Assembly: GCF_000010625.1 (NCBI RefSeq)
Contig: NC_010296.1
Coordinates: 540,001 to 572,000 of the forward strand
DNA length: 32,000 bases
Source: Microcystis aeruginosa NIES-843
Lineage (GTDB): Bacteria; Cyanobacteriota; Cyanobacteriia; Cyanobacteriales; Microcystaceae
Direction: 5' to 3'
Part shown: positions 25,830 to 32,000 of the stretch, in pieces
How positions within the stretch are numbered: position 1 is the stretch's first letter
How the letters are laid out: the number at the start of each line of letters is the position of its first letter
Made by a program: the position numbers and the translations under genes
The notes under the pieces: model-generated
The model's database searches: none
What the model was told of the DNA's origin: nothing
The model's input: the letters and a program-made list of their open reading frames with translations, nothing else

Positions 25830-27249
25830 GTAGGGTTGATTCATTTAAATTAAGTACAGCGGATTTTGAGTCAATAAATTTGAATGAAAATTCTCAAGTT
25901 TATCTTTTTCTAATCAAAAGAGTTAGTGACAATAACTAATCTTTAATCCTCTGCCAATATTGATTATGAATAAATTGATAAAGCCTGTTTCCAAGCCACT
26001 AAAAGCCTATCTCTCTTGAAATTGTCTGAGAGTACATCCTGTTAATTTAGCTAATTTTTCTGCTTCTTACGTCGATAAAACTATCAGTTTTTCCCAACGT
26101 TCAGCTAACCACCTCTGTCCCTCTGTTATTGAGAGAAAACCCAAACCTCTGAAAAGATTCAATCCTATAGTTGTGAGAATTGACCAATTGCTGGCCGCTT
26201 GAAAATCACTTATCTCGCTTTTATCTTCCTCAAAAATTACATCTTTTACCCAATGTAACTGATTTTCTATTTTCCAATGTCCTCGAATAATTTTAGCAAA
26301 TACTTGAGCGGATTCGGTTAGGCTACTGATATAGTAAGCTGTTTCTTCATAGGTTTTATCCCCGCGACTACCCTTTCTTTCTACTTTAATAACTCTTCGC
26401 AGATTTTCAAACCCTTGTCTTTCATTTTTTCTCACTTTAAAAACTTCTATTTTTCTTGATATTTTTCGTCCATGACTATTATCTTGTTCAAGAAAGCAAC
26501 TTTCTGGCTTTGAGGAATTACTCAGGTCTTGTATTCGCTTATAAAGATTTTTCTGATTTCCTTTAACGGTGATAACATAGTCATTTTTACTCTTGGCTAT
26601 TAAGCTGATTGTTTTTTTCTGACAGTGTAAAGCATCGCCAGTAAAAACTTTATTTTGGAGAGAGCAATCCTCAATTATAGCTTGCCCTTCGTCGATTTCA
26701 GACCCTTTTTTGTTTTCGATTCTTTTTAAGTGTAATACTAATCCACTTTCTTGACTAAACAATGAGACAAACATGATAAAATTTTGTTGTTCATTATTAG
26801 GATTCTTTAGGGTGTTTTTGAGACTTTTTCCATCCATACCTAGCCAATTTATATCATCTCTTTGTCCATATTCTTCTAATGCCCATTCATTAAACATTTT
26901 TAACAAACTCTGCCAGTCAACTCCCATCATTACCCTTCTAATTGTTGAATAGGATGGGACTCTTTCTGGAATTATGTTAAATTCTTTACTGAGCCTGTGC
27001 CGATTATTTTTAGCAAACTCTCCTAGTTCTCTATAACCTGAGTATCCTAGCATTGTTCCCAGTATTATTACTACTAATACTATCCATAAAGGGTGTCTTT
27101 TTCCTTTATCTTTCCGAAAGTCCTTGACTTGTTTCAGTTTTTCTATTAAGCTCAACATATATTTAAAAGGTTGGCGGTCACTTATCATTTTACCTGATAT
27201 TGATCGCTTTTACTTTTGATATTCTGATGGGAGAATGAAACAGCCCTAG
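25830..27249 (-). mobile_element. ISAs1-family insertion sequence (1420 bp) with an 8-bp target duplication
   Basis: TIRs are GTAGGGTTGATTCAT (25830-25844) and the reverse complement of CTAGGGCTGTTTCAT (27235-27249), matching at 12 of 15 positions. The flanking direct repeat is GGGGCAGG (25822-25829 and 27250-27257). Confidence 0.85.
26067..27188 (-). CDS. ISAs1-family (H-repeat-associated type) transposase
   Basis: 373 aa with the N-terminal VKDFRKDKGKRHPL motif and C-terminal GHWKIENQLHWVKDVIFEEDKS, both hallmarks of ISAs1 transposases. Confidence 0.9.
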   Translation of the reverse strand: MISDRQPFKYMLSLIEKLKQVKDFRKDKGKRHPLWIVLVVIILGTMLGYSGYRELGEFAKNNRHRLSKEFNIIPERVPSYSTIRRVMMGVDWQSLLKMFNEWALEEYGQRDDINWLGMDGKSLKNTLKNPNNEQQNFIMFVSLFSQESGLVLHLKRIENKKGSEIDEGQAIIEDCSLQNKVFTGDALHCQKKTISLIAKSKNDYVITVKGNQKNLYKRIQDLSNSSKPESCFLEQDNSHGRKISRKIEVFKVRKNERQGFENLRRVIKVERKGSRGDKTYEETAYYISSLTESAQVFAKIIRGHWKIENQLHWVKDVIFEEDKSEISDFQAASNWSILTTIGLNLFRGLGFLSITEGQRWLAERWEKLIVLST

Positions 27250-27446
27250 GGGGCAGGGGGGATCGAACCTAAAATCCATTTTTAATTTAATTATAACCAG
27301 CTACTTATAAACCGCTTGGCAACATCAAAACGACTCTCTTTGGTTTGTCTAGTCGAACAACTGATAGGAGAAAAACCGATAAAAGGCTTTAAATTTTCCT
27401 TAAGCTTTGTTGAGGTGGCCGGAAGAGGGGGTTAGAGTGGGAAGTG

Positions 27447-27566
27447 ATGGAATTTTGGGCATATTTTCCTATGACGCTGACTGAATTTGGATTATTAGCG
27501 GGTTTACTTGTCCCCGGTATCCTGCTCTCGATTTTGGTGATGGTGAGTTTTGCCAAAGGGGGTTAA
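27447..27566 (+). CDS. unannotated small ORF encoding a 39-aa (or 31-aa from ATG 27471) single-TM peptide
   Basis: MEFWAYFPMTLTEFGLLAGLLVPGILLSILVMVSFAKGG*. It is below the track's size cutoff. It has a hydrophobic helix and is followed 5 nt later by a perfect terminator. I recognise no homology, and the RBS is weak. Confidence 0.4.
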   Translation: MEFWAYFPMTLTEFGLLAGLLVPGILLSILVMVSFAKGG

Positions 27567-27571
27567 AAACC

Positions 27572-27606
27572 GATAGAGACACCGATGAAAGTGTCTCTAT
27601 CTTTTT
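27572..27606. terminator. bidirectional Rho-independent terminator
   Basis: 11-bp perfect stem GATAGAGACAC / GTGTCTCTATC with an 8-nt loop. TTTTT follows on the + strand and AAAAA precedes it (TTTTT on the - strand). It lies between the small ORF and the convergent DUF760 gene. Confidence 0.8.
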
Positions 27607-27616
27607 GGGGTGAAGA

Positions 27617-27967
27617 TTAATCTATTTTTGGTTTTTTGCCCAATTTAATTGATTCTGTAGCTAACAAAATTGATTCTAAATGATGGCGCTTCTCCACTTG
27701 ACCGAGGAAATAACCTGTCATCATCGCTGAAGCGAGAAGATTCGCCAAATTCTCGCGGTCGGTGGTAATTTGTACCGCAAAGTCCTCTGAGGGCAACATT
27801 CCCACCAATCCCTTGACGTTTTGCGAGATAATATCTTTAATTTCGCTACTGACCGATTGGGCTATTCTCTCAAGGGTTTCAGGATGCTGCTGCTGGAGAT
27901 ACTGCATCAGACAGTTATCATTTTGTTCTTCGGTTTCCCAGGGAAAAAAATCAGGATTAAAAGTCAT
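27617..27967 (-). CDS. DUF760 domain protein
   Basis: The start is taken at ATG 27967 (MTFNPDFFPW...), with GGAG 5 nt upstream. The sequences ...LMQYLQQQHPETL..I..SVS.E....I..NV.GL.G.LP and MMTGYFL are typical of the DUF760 family of cyanobacteria and plastids. Confidence 0.8.
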   Translation of the reverse strand: MTFNPDFFPWETEEQNDNCLMQYLQQQHPETLERIAQSVSSEIKDIISQNVKGLVGMLPSEDFAVQITTDRENLANLLASAMMTGYFLGQVEKRHHLESILLATESIKLGKKPKID

Positions 27968-28102
27968 CAGAACTCCCACGCTGTAGTGGTTATTGGATCT
28001 AGGTTAACAAATCGCTCTTCTTGATTGCCCGAAGTCCCCCCATCTTCCTCAAGTTTAGCTCAGTGATCAGAAATATTCACCCCTAATATACCCTCTCTCT
28101 CC

Positions 28103-28621
28103 TTATTCCTGATCGGTAGCTTCCAGAATACCCTGTTCCCTAAGATTGTCAACCTCGAAATATTGATGAAATTTATCGGTTACTTCTAACCAGTAGGATC
28201 TACCCTCGTTTTGCTTGCGTTTTCTCACAAATCCTCGTTCTACCAAGTCCTGAACCTGTTGATAGGCCGTACTGCCTCGTAAATTAATTAAATCCGCTTG
28301 CAAAATCGGTTCTTTCAGTGCGATCGCTGCTAAAGTACGGAGGGTTCCTGTGCCTAATTCGGCCGGGATCAGGTCTTCGATCAAATTCTGATAAGCTGAC
28401 CGCAATTGTAAACTATAACCGAGGGGGGTTTCCACCACTTCCAAGGCACTATCCCGGTGGGCATAATCGGACATTAACTCGATCATGGCATCTTCCACCG
28501 TCAAGCGATCGCTGTTGGTTAATGTCACCATCTCGGTTAAGGGGACAGGCTGCCCTTTTAGGTAAAGTATCGCTTCTAGACGGGTAGCTAGTCTGATCTC
28601 TTGGTGTGCTTCCGCGCTCAA
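28103..28621 (-). CDS. scpB: SMC-Scp complex subunit ScpB
   Basis: 172 aa with LEAILYLKGQPV..., two winged-helix repeats and GRSYWLEVTDKF. The start is TTG. Confidence 0.85.
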   Translation of the reverse strand: MSAEAHQEIRLATRLEAILYLKGQPVPLTEMVTLTNSDRLTVEDAMIELMSDYAHRDSALEVVETPLGYSLQLRSAYQNLIEDLIPAELGTGTLRTLAAIALKEPILQADLINLRGSTAYQQVQDLVERGFVRKRKQNEGRSYWLEVTDKFHQYFEVDNLREQGILEATDQE

Positions 28622-28682
28622 TCTCGACTACCTAAGTTTAGACAATGATTTAATATTCTACTAGAAGACGAACGAGAAAATT

Positions 28683-29495
28683 ATGGAAACTTTTTGGAGT
28701 CAGGTTTTAGACTTTTGTTATCAGGCTACCGAGCAGGTGGGCGATCGCTTACTGGCTGATTTTGGCAAATTACAGGCCACCAATAAAGCAGATGGGACTT
28801 TAGTGACGGCTGCCGACCGTTGGTCTGATGGGGAATTGCGATCGCTAATTGCCCGCACTTTCCAGGATCATGGAGTCCTAACCGAGGAAACTACCCATAT
28901 TTTCCCGGATCAAGAATGGTGTTGGGTCGTGGATCCAATCGACGGCACGACTAATTTTACTCGCGGTATTCCCATCTGGGGCATTTCCCTAGGACTTCTC
29001 TACTGGGGGACTCCCGTGTTCGGATTTGTTTATCTCCCCTGCCTAAAACAGGCCTATTATGGTTATTGGTACGGTGAGACGGGTTTAACCGGTCCAGAGG
29101 GAGCCTACCGTGATGGTCAACCGATTCACACCAGCGAAGATTTTCCCAGCAAAAATCATCTTTTCAATCTCTGCGCTCGTAGTACAGATATATTTAAAAA
29201 TCCCTTTCCCTGCAAAGTGCGGATGATAGGAGTGGCTAGTTATAATCTGCTTTTGGTTGCCGATGGCACGGTTTTGGGAGGAGTGGAAGCAACCCCGAAA
29301 GTCTGGGATATTGCTGCGGTTTGGGCAATTCTACAGGCCGCTGGCGGAGTATTTATCTCTTTAGGAGAAAAGATTTTTCCCTTGCAGGTGGGGGAAAATT
29401 ATAGCGATCGATCCTATCCCTGTTTAGCCGTGGCTCGATCGAATTTAGCGCCGGTTTTCTTGCCTTTAGTCGGTTTTCTCAAGGATGTTGCTTGA
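28683..29495 (+). CDS. inositol monophosphatase family protein
   Basis: 270 aa with the EE motif region (LTEET), WVVDPIDGTTNF and WDIAA. Confidence 0.85.
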   Translation: METFWSQVLDFCYQATEQVGDRLLADFGKLQATNKADGTLVTAADRWSDGELRSLIARTFQDHGVLTEETTHIFPDQEWCWVVDPIDGTTNFTRGIPIWGISLGLLYWGTPVFGFVYLPCLKQAYYGYWYGETGLTGPEGAYRDGQPIHTSEDFPSKNHLFNLCARSTDIFKNPFPCKVRMIGVASYNLLLVADGTVLGGVEATPKVWDIAAVWAILQAAGGVFISLGEKIFPLQVGENYSDRSYPCLAVARSNLAPVFLPLVGFLKDVA

Positions 29496-29700
29496 ATGGA
29501 GAATTGCTCAGGTTAGAATAGCTGCATTTATTGGTTTTATCTTTATTTAGGGCTGGCTGAATAAATCTAAAAACCTTGTTGGATAATATCTTTAAGCTTG
29601 TTTGAAATCAAAAACTGCCAGCCCTTGGAGTGATCAGGGGGGAAATTTAGGCACTTTTTGCCTGAAAATTAGGTAATTGACCCCCTAAAAATCGCTAAAA

Positions 29701-29738
29701 CCCTACACCCCACACCCTACACCCCACACCCTGCCCCC
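29701..29738. repeat. heptamer array CCCTACA/CCCCACA (x5)
   Basis: Ends 13 bp before the ATG of the ABC ATPase. Confidence 0.85.
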
Positions 29739-29751
29739 ACGAATTTATTTC

Positions 29752-30516
29752 ATGAGTTTTGATACTTCCTCTCTCAGCGAACGCAACGATAAAGCCGAAG
29801 TCTATCAGCCAGTAATTATTCGCCTCGAAAATGTATCTAAAATCTACGGCAGTGGCGAAACCATGGTTAAAGCCCTTAATAACGTCAATTTGAGCCTGAA
29901 AAAAGGGGAATATTGCGCTATTATGGGGGCTTCGGGTTCGGGAAAATCCACGGCCATGAATATTATCGGCTGTCTTGATCGTCCCACCTCGGGGTCTTAT
30001 TATCTAGAAAATCTGGACGTTTCCACGCTGCCGGATGGGGATTTAGCCCAGATTCGCAATCGTAAAATCGGCTTTGTTTTCCAGCAATTCCATCTTTTAC
30101 CCCAGATGAGTGCGCTGGAAAATGTCATGTTACCAATGATTTATGGTGGGGTTTCTCCCCAAGAAAGAAAGGAAAGAGCGATCGCTGCTTTAACGAAGGT
30201 AAAATTAGATAATCGACTGCACAATAAACCCAATCAATTATCGGGGGGACAACAGCAGCGCGTTGCTATTGCTAGGGCAATTGTCAATCAACCCATATTA
30301 TTACTTGCTGATGAACCGACGGGGGCCCTAGACTCGAAAACTACCCAAGAGGTGATGGCTATTTTCTCGGAATTGAATAACAGTGGCATTACTATCGTCA
30401 TGGTAACTCACGAGGCTGATGTGGCGCGTCACTCTCAGCGCATTATCTGGTTTAAGGATGGTGAAGTGGTTTATCCTAATCTCGCACCGACGGATTTACA
30501 CGAGGTGATTGGGTAG
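29752..30516 (+). CDS. ABC transporter ATP-binding protein, MacB/LolD/DevA-like family
   Basis: 254 aa with Walker A GASGSGKST, signature LSGGQQQRVAIAR and Walker B LLLADEPT. No permease or adaptor gene is adjacent. Confidence 0.88.
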   Translation: MSFDTSSLSERNDKAEVYQPVIIRLENVSKIYGSGETMVKALNNVNLSLKKGEYCAIMGASGSGKSTAMNIIGCLDRPTSGSYYLENLDVSTLPDGDLAQIRNRKIGFVFQQFHLLPQMSALENVMLPMIYGGVSPQERKERAIAALTKVKLDNRLHNKPNQLSGGQQQRVAIARAIVNQPILLLADEPTGALDSKTTQEVMAIFSELNNSGITIVMVTHEADVARHSQRIIWFKDGEVVYPNLAPTDLHEVIG

Positions 30517-30575
30517 GGTAGGGATTTTTCAGTTATCAGTGAAAAGAAAACGGCAACTTCCTAATTAGATATCTG

Positions 30576-30854
30576 TTAGGGATTGGGAAGAAAACCAAAA
30601 AGTTTGGCTGCCCCTCCTAAAATGGCAACAACCAAAGCGATTAGAATCCCTCGATTGGTAAATTCCTGATTAGCGACTCTTGCAGTTAATCCTTTAATTT
30701 CTGTGGTTAGTCGCTCATCTAGGGCTTTAATCTCCCCTTTTAACTCCGATTGTCCTATCTCTAGCTTGTTAACATCTCTTTGTAGAGAGTCTATTTTCCC
30801 CTCGATCCTTGTCAGAACAGCTTCTAGGGAATAAGTCACGGTTTCGTTAGACAT
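30576..30854 (-). CDS. small coiled-coil protein with a C-terminal membrane anchor (XhlA-like topology)
   Basis: 92 aa with heptad-like RIEGKIDSLQRDVNKLEIGQSELKGEIKALDERL, then NRGILIALVVAILGGAAKLFGF. The family assignment is not certain. Confidence 0.55.
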   Translation of the reverse strand: MSNETVTYSLEAVLTRIEGKIDSLQRDVNKLEIGQSELKGEIKALDERLTTEIKGLTARVANQEFTNRGILIALVVAILGGAAKLFGFLPNP

Positions 30855-30948
30855 GAGCTAGACTCCTATATTTTGCTATGTTGCGGTCTCGCTATTTAGG
30901 GTTTGCTGAAAAAGTCATTGAAAAGTACAGGTCTCTTAATCAATGATT

Positions 30949-32000
30949 TCACTTAGCTACAAGCATAAGCTTTAGTTGTTGATTAATTTTTAAATTATAA
31001 CTTATCCTAATCATTGACCGAGAAAAAGTGCTGTTTTTCCATTTCAGACATAAAAAAGCCCAAAAAACCTGCCTCAACAGGTTAGAAAGATTCATGACTA
31101 AAAAAGTAATAGCAATCGCTGAAAAGGAAGTATGAGGAAGTTTAGCCATCACTTTACCTAAGCTAAATCTTCTTTTCCCTTGTCCAAATTTGCCCTCTAT
31201 ACAATTCCGAATCCTCTCATCATCAGTAGCTTGTTTCTTTTGTTCTTTACTAACATTTTTGGCTGGTCTTCCTAATGGGGGACCACTGATTCTGATTCCC
31301 CTTTCTTTACACCAAGCTCGGTTTTCTCTGGTTCGATAAATTTTGTCCACATGAACTGATTCTGGATAGTATCCTGTATAGTCATAATAAGCTTCTATTT
31401 GTGCTTTTAAATCTCCCGATTCATTAAAGTTATCCCAACTAATCCGGTCTAAAAATATGTAACCATCTATACAGCTTGCTGAGAATTTGGCCCCAAATTC
31501 TACGGGTTTTCCAGCTTTTCCTCTGACTATCGGACGGATGTGGGGTTGAGTTAAGCTGACAATTCTGTCTTCAATACTCTGTTTGTTATTTTGGTACATC
31601 CAGAGTTGTTGGCGATAAACTTCTGTGACTACTAATAACAGTTTATAGTCTCTTTTTTTCAAGCTTTGTAGAGAGGCTCCTTCTGCTAAAAGTTGTTCAA
31701 TATGGTCGAGATTTCTTTTCAGATATTGCAGTTGTCTTTTTAGAGCTTTTCGTCTTTGTTTGACGGTAGGTTTTCTTTTTTTTGCTACTTCTAAATAACT
31801 TTTTCTGGCCAGGAGACGATAGGTTCTCGGTTTTTGAACAAGTTTTCCTTTTATAGTTTCCTAGAGAATATCAATAATTTTTTCGGTTTGTTTTCTTCCT
31901 TGATTTAACAGGTTTAAATCCGTAGGATAACTAATATCTGCGGGCGCACAACTGGCATCTAAAATTAATTTACCTCGATTTTCTGGTTGACTTTGGGTTT
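30949..32000 (-). pseudogene. IS5-family transposase with a single in-frame TAG; the 5' end lies beyond the window
   Basis: The minus frame is continuous from 31998: TQSQPENRGKLILDASCAPADISYPTDLNLLNQGRKQTEKIIDIL*ETIKGKLVQKPRTYRLLARKSYLEVAKKRKPTVKQRRKALKRQLQYLKRNLDHIEQLLAEGASLQSLKKRDYKLL... It continues into the track ORF 30949-31662 (VRGKAGKPVEFGAKFS, VHVDKIYRTRENR). The TAG is at 31863-31861. Confidence 0.75.

Larger units (their letters stand above)
25737..27308. mobile_element. MITE-like hairpin element (copy B, inverted relative to copy A), interrupted by two insertions
   Basis: 25738-25781 is the reverse complement of 6460-6503, and 27258-27308 is about 80% identical to the reverse complement of 6251-6300. 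Removing 25782-25819 and 25830-27257 restores a contiguous element of about 106 bp with a single hairpin. Confidence 0.7.

Overview
This is a cyanobacterial chromosomal segment that looks Microcystis-like. Evidence: at least 10 exact HIP1 octamers (GCGATCGC), 7-8 bp tandem arrays in most intergenic spacers, cyanobacteria-typical genes (ndhM, PAM68-like, DUF760, Uma2), and IS copies from four families.

Most of the window is housekeeping. It carries pckA, an HI0933-type flavoprotein, and a complete urea ABC transporter urtABCDE (minus strand) with a canonical NtcA-type promoter. It also carries a split UPF0016 half-transporter pair, a small vWA protein, glgA, ndhM, rpsO, a PAM68-like gene and DAHP synthase. 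Next come two near-identical tandem Uma2 nuclease-fold genes plus a truncated third gene head. The rest is a Cof-type HAD hydrolase, a dienelactone hydrolase, an S1-domain protein, a DUF6671-like/SAM-methyltransferase/dehydrogenase cluster, DUF760, scpB, an IMPase-family protein, an orphan ABC ATPase and a small coiled-coil membrane protein.

Mobile DNA:
- partial IS1634-type transposase (1-637)
- IS630 with a -1 frameshift (1122-2369)
- ISAs1-family IS (25830-27249) nested inside a hairpin MITE
- IS5-family transposase with an in-frame TAG (30949 to the window end)

I found no CRISPR array, tRNA, rRNA, or recognisable defence or biosynthetic cluster, and I cannot strongly support a claim of a new system.

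The most unusual observations are structural:
- a fully reconstructable nested MITE/IS insertion, including a TIR-only 28-bp palindrome
- a mirror-symmetric composite inverted repeat bracketing one UPF0016 half-gene
- a tandem Uma2 array with an 11-in-24-nt mosaic patch
- about 470 bp of unexplained non-coding sequence (20069-20544)
- G-run tandem arrays capable of forming G-quadruplexes
- an unannotated 39-codon membrane-peptide ORF with a strong bidirectional terminator
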